Both the position numbers and the translations under genes were made by a program. The notes beneath the pieces are model-generated. The model was not told the DNA's origin. It saw nothing but the letters and a program-made list of their open reading frames with translations, and did no database searches. From an uncultured Nitrospiraceae bacterium (lineage in GTDB: Bacteria > Nitrospirota > Thermodesulfovibrionia > Thermodesulfovibrionales > Dissulfurispiraceae): a DNA stretch of 64,000 nt. Where the stretch lies: the NCBI GenBank assembly GCA_963705105.1, contig CAVPIW010000007.1, positions 256,001 to 320,000 of the forward strand. The letters run 5' to 3'. Shown here piece after piece: positions 49,472-62,220 of this stretch (positions are counted from its first letter, which is position 1; the number at the start of each line of letters is the position of its first letter).

Positions 49472-49853
49472 GGTTCTTCCTCCGGCGGCTACTGTTCCTT
49501 CGGAGCCGGGGGCGCCTGTTCCTTCGGAGCCGGGGGCGCGCCGTTTCCTCCGCATCCTGTGAGGGAGGGGGAGGATCGATGTAGCGGGACGTGTATTCCC
49601 CGAGAGGGCGCTCAAAGGTGTAGTAAAAGGGTTTGCGGACGAGTTCATGGGCCGTCTTTTTTACGCTCCTGCTCGTTGCGGCGAAGGGCAGGGCAAGGAC
49701 AAAAATGGCAGCACCGGCGATTGTCGCGGCAATGCCGAGGGGCCGTGATACGACGAGATCGCCGATCATCTCCGGCGTTTTGTCCGTTGCAAAGGCGGGG
49801 ATTGCCGTCAGCAGGGTCACGAAACACATCAGGAGAGCAAGTCCCTTCATCAT
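49458..49853 (-). CDS. Small exported/membrane hypothetical protein
   Basis: Signal peptide, D..V.RPLG...LPF...P..YTF.RPLG; C-terminus built from a 24-bp tandem duplication (49492-49539). Confidence 0.75.
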   Translation of the reverse strand: MMKGLALLMCFVTLLTAIPAFATDKTPEMIGDLVVSRPLGIAATIAGAAIFVLALPFAATSRSVKKTAHELVRKPFYYTFERPLGEYTSRYIDPPPPSQDAEETARPRLRRNRRPRLRRNSSRRRKNHADL

Positions 49854-49912
49854 GATATATACCTCCTCACAAGGAACTTCTTTCTTTCCATTATACCCCA
49901 AAAACAGATTTA

Positions 49913-50107
49913 CTTTATCGGTGCAACACACTCCCGCGAAAGGCGGGGCGTATGCGCAGAAAACCTTGCTGCGGCGACACCGTAACTCTCACAGAAGACG
50001 ACCTTTCAAGCAAATGGCCGAAAAGTGAGCCTTTTTACTGACACTGACACTCACACTGACACTGTTTTTCAGAGCGCTTCGCCCCGCCTTTCCATGCAAC
50101 TGAAAGG
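49913..50107. mobile_element. Modular MITE (B+A)
   Basis: Perfect TTTA duplication at 49909-49912 and 50108-50111. Confidence 0.88.
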
Positions 50108-50180
50108 TTTAGTGACAGTGTCGGTGTGAGTGCCAGTCAAGGGAAGGTCCGGCCGTTCGGAGGAACGGCACCCGATATAA

Positions 50181-51008
50181 TCACTCGTCCACCCTTTCCC
50201 CCCAGACCTTCTGACTGCGGGCGATCTTCTTTTTCACCGTTTCCCAGGTTTTCGTCACCAGGAACGAATCGGGCCATCGCCCGACCATGCGGCTGTACAT
50301 CTCATAGGGCACGGCAAAGGTGATTTCATCGGGTTTCAGGAACTTACGGTCCGACGGGTCCCATCCGCCGATGACGGCCTTCAGTTTTCCCTCGGAGACG
50401 TACTTGAGCGGCCATGTGGCGATGTTCGTGCAACCCGCGCCGAACGGGGACATGACCGCCTCGAAGTCGTTCGTCACAAATGTGGCGAGCTGATTCAGGC
50501 CGGCGATGATCTCCCCCCTGGCGAAGAAGATGACCACTTCCGGCTGCTCGCCGTCGCTGAAGTGACTGACCGACTTGAACACGCAGTAACGGGCCGGCGC
50601 AGGCCGGGGATCGACGGTCCTGAAAAAGTCCCGCACCACATCGGGAGACGCGAGGTAATGCTCGCCCTCCATGACGCCCGGGATGCCGGAGGAGACGTAA
50701 TAGGTGATGAAATCGAGCTGGGGCTTCAGAAAACCGAGATAGAAAGCGCCGCCGAGGCAACCGAAGTGGTCGCGGTCGAAAAAGGCGGCGGTCTTCTTCC
50801 TCCGTGCAAGCCAGATCTTGCCGACGACGCAGGAGAAACCGGCAAAGAGGGCGTTGAAGTCGACCTTGCCCTGTTTTTCTTCTTCAGCCGACGGGAGGGT
50901 CCCCGGCTCGGGCAGGAACCCTTCTTCAGGCCGCTTATCCGTGTAGAACATGCCCATGGGCTCCTCCAGGAGACCAAGGGCGTCGAACAAACCTTTCGCA
51001 TTTTCCAT
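50181..51008 (-). CDS. DUF169 family protein
   Basis: GCLGGAFYLGF, PFGAGC, GGWDPSDR. Confidence 0.8.
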   Translation of the reverse strand: MENAKGLFDALGLLEEPMGMFYTDKRPEEGFLPEPGTLPSAEEEKQGKVDFNALFAGFSCVVGKIWLARRKKTAAFFDRDHFGCLGGAFYLGFLKPQLDFITYYVSSGIPGVMEGEHYLASPDVVRDFFRTVDPRPAPARYCVFKSVSHFSDGEQPEVVIFFARGEIIAGLNQLATFVTNDFEAVMSPFGAGCTNIATWPLKYVSEGKLKAVIGGWDPSDRKFLKPDEITFAVPYEMYSRMVGRWPDSFLVTKTWETVKKKIARSQKVWGERVDE

Positions 51009-51017
51009 AACAACCTC

Positions 51018-51176
51018 CCCCAAAACAAAGTGTCAGTGTGAGTGTGAGTGCCAGTGAAAGGAGACGTCATAAATAATTATCCCAAAAAAAAGTGTCAGTG
51101 TGAGTGTGAGTGCCAGTGAAAGGAGACGTCATAAATAATTATCCCCAAAAAAAAGTGTCAGTGACAGTGTGAGTGA
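51018..51176. repeat. Tandem repeat with 62-63 bp period (about 2.4 copies) containing the GTGTCA/GTGTGA hexamer satellite
   Basis: GTGTCAGTG blocks start at 51030, 51092 and 51155. Confidence 0.9.
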
Positions 51177-51177
51177 A

Positions 51178-51361
51178 CCTTAACGTTGCAATGGGACCTC
51201 CGGAAAGGCGGGGCGTATGCGCCACCCAATAAATTATTGAGTCATTGAGTCATTGAGTAATTGAGTAATTAAGTCATTGACGGCAGTCAACAGGCGCTGA
51301 ACACCTGGAGAAGTCTCATCATCGCATTGGAAAGGCTTTGAACCATATCTGCCTTCCCGGG
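51178..51361. mobile_element. Partial MITE (long end-G satellite-E)
   Basis: TGAA|CCTTAACGTTGCAATGGGACCTCCGGAAAGGCGGGG, (ATTGAGTC)n, E module. Confidence 0.8.
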
Positions 51362-51406
51362 GCAGAGCCGCTGCCGGCGATGGCATCCAGGAGCCTCGCC
51401 CCGCTT

Positions 51407-52492
51407 TTATCGGCTGCCGGCTGAGGGCGACCGGCTGTCTTTCGGCCTCTCTTTCGACTCGATGAAGATATCCACCTGCTGTCCGGCATAAACGGGAAAG
51501 TCGGGGGGAGTGAAACGGTAGATGACCTGGAGCACCCGGACGTCGACCCGCTCCGTCGTGTTGCCGGTGAGCTGTCTCTTGGGAATGATGTAGGGATCGA
51601 CGCGCTCGAATTCGAGGGGGATCTGCCTGTCCGTGTATCCCCGGAGGTAGGCGATGGCACGGGCGCCCTTCCGCACGTCCACCGCGTTGACCTCGTCGAT
51701 GTCCGCCCTGATCTGGAGGCGGTCCGTCCGTCCCATGAGAACAGGCGATTCAGCCTGACCCGGGGCGATCCACTCGCCGGGCCGCACGTTGATCTGGAGG
51801 ATGGCGCCGTCCTTCGGCGCACGCACGGTGTGCCACGAGAGGACCTGGGACGCCTCCTTCAGGGATGCCCTCTTTGCATTGAGTGCCGCTTCCTGCTCCC
51901 TGACCTCATATTCCCACGCGCCGGCTTTGACGGCGGCGAGGTTCGCCTTTGCCTCACCGAGGCTCGCCTCGGCGGCCTTGACCTGCTGACGCGTCTGATC
52001 GATGGCGTCCTGGCTGACCGATCCGGGATAGGCCTCCCAGGTCTTTTCGAGTCGCGCCAGCCGTGTTTTCAGGTCCGCCAGCTGCGCCTCCGCCCGCTCC
52101 ACAGCCTGTTCAAGGGGCACGACATTTTCCGGTCTCGGCAGGTGTCGCAGGAGGGCGAGCCGCTCTTCCGCGGCCTTGACCTCTGAGGTCAGCCGCTCGA
52201 CGAGGGCCTTCTGCGCACGGCCGTCAAGTTCGATCAGGGGGTCTCCCGTCCTGACCTGCTGGTTTCTGGACACGAAGATCTTCTCGACGAGGCCGGCCAC
52301 CTGGGACTGGACGCGCACATTCTCTTCGGTGGACTCGATGATGCCTGACCCGGCGACGGATACGGGGAAGGGGCTTGCCGAGGGCGCGTGGAGCGGCGGC
52401 GGAGGGGGCTGCGTTTTGCCGCCGACGACAACGCGGTAGATGCCGAAGAGGATGCCGATGATCGCCAGGACAAAAAGGGCCTTATACTTCAT
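51407..52492 (-). CDS. HlyD/DevB-like membrane fusion protein
   Basis: N-terminal TM, coiled coil, lipoyl half motifs, ERVDVRVLQV. Confidence 0.9.
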   Translation of the reverse strand: MKYKALFVLAIIGILFGIYRVVVGGKTQPPPPPLHAPSASPFPVSVAGSGIIESTEENVRVQSQVAGLVEKIFVSRNQQVRTGDPLIELDGRAQKALVERLTSEVKAAEERLALLRHLPRPENVVPLEQAVERAEAQLADLKTRLARLEKTWEAYPGSVSQDAIDQTRQQVKAAEASLGEAKANLAAVKAGAWEYEVREQEAALNAKRASLKEASQVLSWHTVRAPKDGAILQINVRPGEWIAPGQAESPVLMGRTDRLQIRADIDEVNAVDVRKGARAIAYLRGYTDRQIPLEFERVDPYIIPKRQLTGNTTERVDVRVLQVIYRFTPPDFPVYAGQQVDIFIESKERPKDSRSPSAGSR

Positions 52493-53199
52493 ACTGGAAC
52501 CTCCTGAGCCTTTTTATGACTGATTTCGGTGACGCGTCCGTCCACGAGATGGGCGATTCTGTCCGCATAGGGAATGATCCTGTTGTCATGGGTGACGACA
52601 ATGAGACACCGGTCGGGGCTGAGGGCCCGTTTGCGCATGAGATCCATCACTTTCTGGCCCGTTTCCGTATCGAGGGCTGCTGTCGGCTCATCGCAGATGA
52701 GGATCTGGGGTTCGTGCACGATGGCCCGCGTGAATGCGACCCTCTGTTTCTCTCCCGTCGAGAGGAGACCGATGGCATTGGACGCCCGCGCCTCGAGGCC
52801 CACTTCGCCGAGGTATTGAGAGGCCCTCCGGAGTGAGTCATCCCAGGGCCCTTCATTGATGAGGAGCGGTATGGCCACATTCTCCGCCGCCGTCATGTGG
52901 GGGAGAAGATTGTACTCCTGGAACATGAACCCGATTTTCTTCGCCCTCAGGGCCGTTTTGTCGGCATTCGAAAGGGCCGTTATATCCGTCCCGAGGACTG
53001 TGACCGTTCCCCTCGTCGGAGCAAGGACGCCGCCGATGATGCTCAGCAGGGTCGTCTTGCCGCTCCCGGAAGGACCCATGATCATGAAGAGCTCCCCGAA
53101 GTGGATGTCAAGGTTGACGTCTCTCAGCGCATGGATCGTCGCCTCTCCTCTGCCGAAGCTCTTGTTCACGCCCCGCAAGGCTATTGCGATGTCAGGCAT
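52489..53199 (-). CDS. ABC transporter ATPase (MacB/DevA-like)
   Basis: GPSGSGKTT, LSTGEKQR, DEPT. Confidence 0.93.
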   Translation of the reverse strand: MPDIAIALRGVNKSFGRGEATIHALRDVNLDIHFGELFMIMGPSGSGKTTLLSIIGGVLAPTRGTVTVLGTDITALSNADKTALRAKKIGFMFQEYNLLPHMTAAENVAIPLLINEGPWDDSLRRASQYLGEVGLEARASNAIGLLSTGEKQRVAFTRAIVHEPQILICDEPTAALDTETGQKVMDLMRKRALSPDRCLIVVTHDNRIIPYADRIAHLVDGRVTEISHKKAQEVPV

Positions 53200-53200
53200 G

Positions 53201-54341
53201 TCAACCCCGGAAAACGTCCGCCGGATCGATGCGGAGGACGCGGTTCAGGACGACGACGGCGGCGATGCCGCAAATGACGACGGTCATGACGAAGGAACCG
53301 ATGAGGACATGCGGAGGGGTGTATGCCGCGTAGTTGGGCAGATTCTCCAGCAGCACCTTCAGGAGGATGCTCGCAACTCCGACGCCTATGCCGTATCCCT
53401 GGATGCCGACGACGGCGCTCTGCAGGACCACCATGCGGACCAGCGTCCATGAATTCACCCCCATGGCCTTGAGGGCGGCGAACTGCTTGAGGTTCTCCAG
53501 TCCGAAGGTGTGGAAGGTCTGGCCGGTGACGGCGGCGCCGACGATAAAGCCGAGAAGGGTGATGATGCCGAAATTCATCCCGATGCCCGTCTGGGTGAGA
53601 TAATACCGGACCGTCATCCAGCTCAGTTCGTCCTTCGTCAGGGCGAGGAGACCCGTTTTCTGCCGTATTTCCTCCTTGAACTCAGCCATCCCGACGCCCT
53701 CCTTCGGCTTGAGCAGGACGAACGTGATCTGTTTCCTCTCGGGAGGCGTGAATTCGAGGGCCCTTTCGAAGGTCGTGAAGAGGATGGGCAGATCGAAGAG
53801 ACTCGTCTCGACGCTGACAGTCCCGGCGATCCGGGCCTGCCGGTCATTCATCTCGAAGGTATCGCCCACCTTCGGCATGCTGAGCTTGCGGAGCCCCCGA
53901 TCATTGACGAGGACGGCATTCGCCTGGTAGACATCATCTATTTTGCCGGAAAGGACCCGCGAAGGGACGGCCGACGAGGGATGCGCTGTCGAGGCCGAAA
54001 AGACGCACTGTCTGGAAGGACCCGTTCGGCAGTCGCGCCCTCAGGTTCCCGATGTAGAGGGGCACGGCCCAGTCGACGCCGGATATACTCCTGATCCTGC
54101 TCAGGGCGGCATTGGGAAGGGGCTGGACGTCATCGATGTACTTGATGCCGGGATCGGTCACCCAGACGGGCGCCCCGATCGTCCGGATGTCGGCCGTCGT
54201 CCTCCTGAGGATGCCGAGAAAGACGGACACCATCTGAACGACGAGGAAGACCGAGAAGGTGATGCCGGCGATGACGGCGAAGTATTTGGCCCTGTCTCCC
54301 ATGAGCATCTTGAGGGCCACACGATCCAGTCCCTTCATCAT
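53201..54341 (-). pseudogene. ABC permease (DevC/FtsX-like) split by a single-base insertion near 53965
   Basis: Removing one base from CGTCCCTTCG gives continuous RPSRVLSGKIDDVYQANAVLVNDRGLRKLSMPKVG. Confidence 0.8.
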
Positions 54342-54380
54342 GTTTCAGCATATCACAGGGACGGCGCCGTTTCAAATCAT

Positions 54381-57300
54381 TCATCCCTTTCCCCATCCGC
54401 CGCCGCCGGGTGTTTCGATCACGACGGCATCACCGGCCTCCAGCTCCAGTGTCACCCTGTGGGGCAGCCCGACGATGCGTCCGTCGGCCCTCCTGAGCAG
54501 GTTCATCCCCCTTGCTCCCGGCTGCCCTCCTTCAAGTCCGTACGGCTCAGTCCGTCTCCGCTCCGAAATGATCACCACCCTGGCGGGCTTGAGAAAAGCG
54601 ATCTCCCTCGCCAGGCCGTCACCGCCCGGAAAGAGTCCTCTCCCCCCGGACCCCCGTCGCAGCATGAACCTCTTCAGGAGCACGCCGGGATGGCGGTATT
54701 CAAGGATCTCCGGGTCCGTCATCCGGGTGTTCGTCATGTGCACCTGCACGCCCGATGCGCCGGCGCACCCCTCAGTAGCACCCGATCCCCCTGCAATCGT
54801 CTCATAGTAAGGGGTGTCCCCTTCGACCTGGAAGAGCAGGTTGTTCATGGTGCCCTGCGATGCGGCGGCGAGGCCGAGGGCACCGAGGAGGACATCGACG
54901 ATGCGCTGCGACGTCTCCACATTGCCCGTCGAAACGGGCGCGGGGAAACGCGGATTCAGGATGGTGCCTTCCGGGGCGATGATTCTGACAGGTCTCAGGC
55001 AGCCGCTGTTTAGGGGGATGTCCGTGCCGGCGATCGTCCTGAGCACATAGAGGACCGCCGAGCGGGTAACGGGAAGAGGCGCGTTCAGGCTGTCGGCGTC
55101 ATGCTGCGGCCCCGTGCCCGAAAAATCGATTGTCGCCTGAACGGTCCCCGGAGGGTCTGATCCTCCTGAAATAACGATCCTTACCATGATGGGGCTGCCG
55201 TCGTCGAGACGATCCCCGAAGGTCCCCTCGAAAATATTGCCCGGTCCGAGAAAGCGTGCAAGCCCCTGCCGGACCATCATGGCCCCGTTGTCCTGGATAT
55301 GTTTCATGTAGTGCGTCACCGTTTCAGTGCCGTATTTCGCGATCGCCCCGGCCAGGTCCCTCGCCCCTTTCAGGCACGCCGCCATCTGGGCCTGCACGTC
55401 GAGGAGCCGCTCGGAAATGTTCCTCGCCGGATAGGGGCTGTCCGTGAGGAGACGCGCGAGTCGCTCCGCGAAGAACGTGCCGCCGCGGGCGACGCGCATC
55501 GGGTCGATGAGAACGCCCTCTTCGTCGATATGACGGGCTTCCGGGAGGAGAGACCCCGGCACGATGCCCCCTATGTCGGCATGATGGCCCCGCGCGGCGG
55601 TGAAGGCCAGCGGTCCCTCGCCATCCAGGAAAAAGGGGCAGACCACCGTCATGTCCGGGAGGTGCGAGCCTCCGCGATAGGGGTTATTCGTGAGAAAGAG
55701 GTCGCCCGGCTGCATGTCGCTGCCGTATCGGGCCAGCACCGCCTTGACCGTATCGGCCATGGAGCCCAGGTGGACGGGGATATGGGGTGCATTGGCGACG
55801 AGGTCTCCCCGCCCGTCAAAGAGGGCGCAGGAGAAGTCGAGCCGCTCCTTGATGTTGACGGAGCAGGACGTGTTCCTCAGGACGTGTCCCATTTCCGAGG
55901 CGATGTTCATGTAGAGGTTGTTGAATACCTCCAGGAGGACCGGGTCAGGGGCCGCATGTTCCCGCAACGCCGTCACCGTGCCCTGTGCAACCATATCGAT
56001 CGTTATCATGGCTGATTCGTCGATCACGGCCGTGAAACCCGGATCGACGACAACGGTCGTATGCGCGTCGACGATGAGCGCCGGACCATTGATCGTCTCG
56101 CCGGCCGGCGCCGTTTCTCTGAGAAACACCGGGGCAAGGACCTCTCCTTCCGGGACGGCGACAGTCTGCCAGGTGACGGGACCCGCTCCTTCCCCTCCGT
56201 GCAGCCTGTCGTGGCGGTATGGCGGGAAGAACTCCTCCTCCGCCTCCAGCTCCACCCTGATATTCTCGACCTCGATCACACCGTCTCCGGGAGAAAAACC
56301 GAAGGTGCGGCGATACCGTTGCCTGAATGATTCAGCGGTCTGATCGTAGTCGCGGCATTCCACAGACAGGGACATGTCCGTCCCGAGAGGCCGGAGGTCA
56401 AGCATGCGCTTCCGGAGGAGTCTCCTTGCCGAAAGCCCGTGATCATTGACCATCGTCTCCTCAAGGGCCAGAAAAGACCGCGCAAGGTCGCCGTGACTCT
56501 GCGGCGTGTAGGGCCTGAGGACCGACAGGGAGGACGTCCAGGCCTGCTTTGCCAGGCCCATGCCGTAGGCGGACAACAGGCTTCCCAGGGGGTGGATCAA
56601 GATCCTCCTGATGCCCAGCGATGATGCGATGCCGCAGGCGTGCTGGCCTCCCGCCCCTCCGAAGCAGACGAGGACGTGCTTCGTCACGTCGTAGCCCTTC
56701 GAAACGGAAACCTCCCTGATCGCCATCGCCATCTTTTCATCGGCGATCTGCAGGAAGCCGAGGGCCGTCCCGACAGGGGTGTCAGACCTTCCCAGGTCCG
56801 TGTTGATACGGTCCGTCAGCTTTTGAAAGCCCTGACGGACGGCGGCGATATCGACAGGCGACTTCCTGTCTCTTCCGAAGGTCTTCGGAAAGAATTCCCC
56901 GGCGACCCTGCCGGTCATCACGTTCGCGTCGGTTATTGTGAGGGGGCCGCCGAAGCCGTAACAGGCGGGCCCGGGATCGGCGCCGGCCGATTCGGGACCG
57001 ACGCGCATCTTCTGTCCGTCGAACCAGAGGATCGATCCTCCACCTGATGCGACGGTATTGATGCCGAGCATCTCCGTCCGGAATTCCAAGCCTCCCAACA
57101 CCTGATCCGGGCGCAGCAGAAACTCGCCGTCGAAGCGTGACACGTCCGTCGATGTGCCTCCCATATCGAAGCCGATCGCCTCGCCGATGCCCCTCCGGCC
57201 GGCAATGCCCGCCACGGCAACGACTCCTCCCGCAGGCCCGGACAGGAGAGCCGCCTTGCCCCGGAAACGTCCCGCCCCGGTGAGCCTGCCGGAACTCTCC

Positions 57301-58004
57301 ATGAACTCGATCCTGATATTCCCCGTGCAGCGTTGGATGGATTCGGTGTAGAGGGCGATGGGCACGCTCAGATAGGCATCGATGACGGTGCTCTGTCCCC
57401 TCGTCACGATCTTGATGAGGCTCAGCGTCCGGTGGGAGAGAAAAACGGGGTTGAATCCACGCGCTTCCAGGAGCCTGCCGCAGAGGATTTCGTGGACGGG
57501 GTTCTTCCATGCGTGCATCGACACGACGGCAACGGCATCGATGTCCATCGTCCCGAGGCGGTCGATGTGGGTGATGATATTCTTTTCGTCAAGGGGCGTC
57601 ACGACGTCACCCTTGCCGTTGATCCGCTCATCCATCTCGAAGACGGCGGCATAGAGAGGCTCCGGCTTTCTGATGCAGAGACTGAACAGGTCCGGCCTCG
57701 TCTGATACCCGATATCGAGGATGTCCCCCAGTCCGGCGGTGATGAACAGGGCGACCCTGCTCCCCTTTCTTTCAAGGAAGGCGTTGGTGGCGACGGTCGT
57801 GCCGAACCTGATGGCTTCGATTTTGTCCTCCGGCAGCGGCTCGCCGGGGCTGGTGCCGAGGATGCGCCGGATGCCCTCTATGGAGGGGTCGCCGTACTCG
57901 GGGGATCGGGAGAGGAGCTTGAGGGTGTGATAGGAGCCGTCAGGATCGACGCCGATGATGTCCGTGAAGGTGCCGCCCTGGTCGACGGCGAATTTCCATT
58001 TCAT
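54381..58004 (-). CDS. Fused hydantoinase A/B 5-oxoprolinase
   Basis: DQGGTFTD, DMGGTSTD, GPESAGADPGPACY, HIPVHLGSM, TPGGGGWG. Confidence 0.95.
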   Translation of the reverse strand: MKWKFAVDQGGTFTDIIGVDPDGSYHTLKLLSRSPEYGDPSIEGIRRILGTSPGEPLPEDKIEAIRFGTTVATNAFLERKGSRVALFITAGLGDILDIGYQTRPDLFSLCIRKPEPLYAAVFEMDERINGKGDVVTPLDEKNIITHIDRLGTMDIDAVAVVSMHAWKNPVHEILCGRLLEARGFNPVFLSHRTLSLIKIVTRGQSTVIDAYLSVPIALYTESIQRCTGNIRIEFMESSGRLTGAGRFRGKAALLSGPAGGVVAVAGIAGRRGIGEAIGFDMGGTSTDVSRFDGEFLLRPDQVLGGLEFRTEMLGINTVASGGGSILWFDGQKMRVGPESAGADPGPACYGFGGPLTITDANVMTGRVAGEFFPKTFGRDRKSPVDIAAVRQGFQKLTDRINTDLGRSDTPVGTALGFLQIADEKMAMAIREVSVSKGYDVTKHVLVCFGGAGGQHACGIASSLGIRRILIHPLGSLLSAYGMGLAKQAWTSSLSVLRPYTPQSHGDLARSFLALEETMVNDHGLSARRLLRKRMLDLRPLGTDMSLSVECRDYDQTAESFRQRYRRTFGFSPGDGVIEVENIRVELEAEEEFFPPYRHDRLHGGEGAGPVTWQTVAVPEGEVLAPVFLRETAPAGETINGPALIVDAHTTVVVDPGFTAVIDESAMITIDMVAQGTVTALREHAAPDPVLLEVFNNLYMNIASEMGHVLRNTSCSVNIKERLDFSCALFDGRGDLVANAPHIPVHLGSMADTVKAVLARYGSDMQPGDLFLTNNPYRGGSHLPDMTVVCPFFLDGEGPLAFTAARGHHADIGGIVPGSLLPEARHIDEEGVLIDPMRVARGGTFFAERLARLLTDSPYPARNISERLLDVQAQMAACLKGARDLAGAIAKYGTETVTHYMKHIQDNGAMMVRQGLARFLGPGNIFEGTFGDRLDDGSPIMVRIVISGGSDPPGTVQATIDFSGTGPQHDADSLNAPLPVTRSAVLYVLRTIAGTDIPLNSGCLRPVRIIAPEGTILNPRFPAPVSTGNVETSQRIVDVLLGALGLAAASQGTMNNLLFQVEGDTPYYETIAGGSGATEGCAGASGVQVHMTNTRMTDPEILEYRHPGVLLKRFMLRRGSGGRGLFPGGDGLAREIAFLKPARVVIISERRRTEPYGLEGGQPGARGMNLLRRADGRIVGLPHRVTLELEAGDAVVIETPGGGGWGKG

Positions 58005-58020
58005 GGCATGAAACGGGAGG

Positions 58021-58914
58021 CTACACGAGTCTGCGGCTGATGAGGGGCTCGAGCGTAGCTATGATCTTTCCCTTGTTGAAAATGGACACCCTTCCGGTGC
58101 TCTCGGAAACGACGATTGCGACGGCGTCGGTGATCCGCGAAATGCCCGCGGCAGAACGATGGCGCGCGCCGAGTCCCCTCAGGCTTTTCGAAATATGTCC
58201 GGACACGTCGAGGTGACGCCCTGCCGCCTCGACAACGCCGTCATCGGATATGACGACAGCACCGTCGAGCTTGGAGAGCTCCTTGATGCTCTCGACGACC
58301 TCGGGCCGTGTGATCATGCGCTCGTCCCGGTCGTACCCTTTGAAGGGATTGAAGACGGTCTGATGAGACGATCTCATGACGTTTTCCGTATCGCCGATGA
58401 CGAAGGCGGTGCCGAGAGGCTTGCCTTCCCGACCCAGAGCCCCGATGTCGAGGGCGATGTCGACGACGGCCATGATCGTGTGAAAGGCCCTGTTTTCCAT
58501 GAGAGGCTGGACCTCGAAAGGAAACTCTTCGCTCCAGGAGTGGGCGAGGTCATGGATGGTGATGGTGTCGAGATGACATCTGCCGTACGGGCCAAGGACG
58601 CAGACGACCTTGCTGTCGGGCCTGATGATGCCGTGGAGAACGCCGTTCATAAATGCGTACTTGATCCGGGAAAACCTGCTCTGGTTCCCGGACCAGCTCT
58701 TCAGGACCGTGGCGCATTCCGGAATGGCTTCATTGCCTGTCAGGGTCAGATAGGTGGGGATGACGATGACGATGAGATCTTTTTCGATGATGCCGCACTT
58801 TATGAACCACCTGCATTCCGACGGGGTGCTCGTGAAAAGGAAGACCCTTTCGCACCCTGTCTTTTTCGCCAGGTCAAGAGCGCTCTCGATGATGAAAAGA
58901 CGCTGATCCTTCAT
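58021..58914 (-). CDS. Diadenylate cyclase, DacZ-like architecture
   Basis: REGKPLG, DGA and RHR motifs, VSES; soluble N-terminal domain. Confidence 0.88.
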   Translation of the reverse strand: MKDQRLFIIESALDLAKKTGCERVFLFTSTPSECRWFIKCGIIEKDLIVIVIPTYLTLTGNEAIPECATVLKSWSGNQSRFSRIKYAFMNGVLHGIIRPDSKVVCVLGPYGRCHLDTITIHDLAHSWSEEFPFEVQPLMENRAFHTIMAVVDIALDIGALGREGKPLGTAFVIGDTENVMRSSHQTVFNPFKGYDRDERMITRPEVVESIKELSKLDGAVVISDDGVVEAAGRHLDVSGHISKSLRGLGARHRSAAGISRITDAVAIVVSESTGRVSIFNKGKIIATLEPLISRRLV

Positions 58915-59040
58915 GGTTTCTATGATACCACAGCACAGGACGGAATCCGCACTTTCCGCTCACTGACACTGACACTCACACTGTCACTGAATGCAGACTT
59001 GCGTGATGCCCCTGTCTTGAATTACATTTATAAAATAATT

Positions 59041-61734
<2,694 letters not shown>

Positions 61735-61739
61735 GAAAT

Positions 61740-62120
61740 CATCGTGGTTGCATGAAAAGGCGGGGCGAAGCATTCTGAAAACAGTGTGAGTGTGAGTGTC
61801 ACTGCCGCTGCCGACGGGAAGGCAGATATGATTCAAAGCCTTTCCAATGCGATGATGAGGCATCTCAAGGTGTTCGGTGCCTGTTGCCTGACGGACGTTT
61901 GTTTTCAATCGACACGGCAAAGGGTGGTCTGGGGATACAAGAGGGTATCTTAGCGGACAGGCTTTTCATCACATCAGCCTTCCCGTCGTGACGTACGTGG
62001 TTTTGTTCCCATTGTCGACTGTCGTTCAATGACTTAGTGACTTAATGACTCAATGACTTAATGACTTTTCTAGGTGGTCTTCACCCCGCCTTTCCGGAGG
62101 TCCTGTCGCACCGGTTAAGG
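61740..62120. mobile_element. Long modular MITE (short end-A-E-F-G-long end)
   Basis: Inverted relative to 26983-27368 but carries arm A instead of C'. Confidence 0.85.
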
Positions 62121-62220
62121 ATACTGAAAGACGGGGATTATTTTAAGAACCGATGATAAGCTATAATGAATGTCAGGCATTGTTGCCCCTGGCAAGAAGA
62201 ATATCCGATCGGAGGAAGGA

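Noticed and set aside
51018..51176. Possible CRISPR array
   Set aside because: The whole unit repeats, so there are no unique spacers, and no cas genes are present. It is a plain tandem repeat.
58159..59040. 1191-aa extended P-type ATPase
   Set aside because: The extension is antisense to the diadenylate cyclase and crosses a satellite. The real start is at 59041 or 59053.
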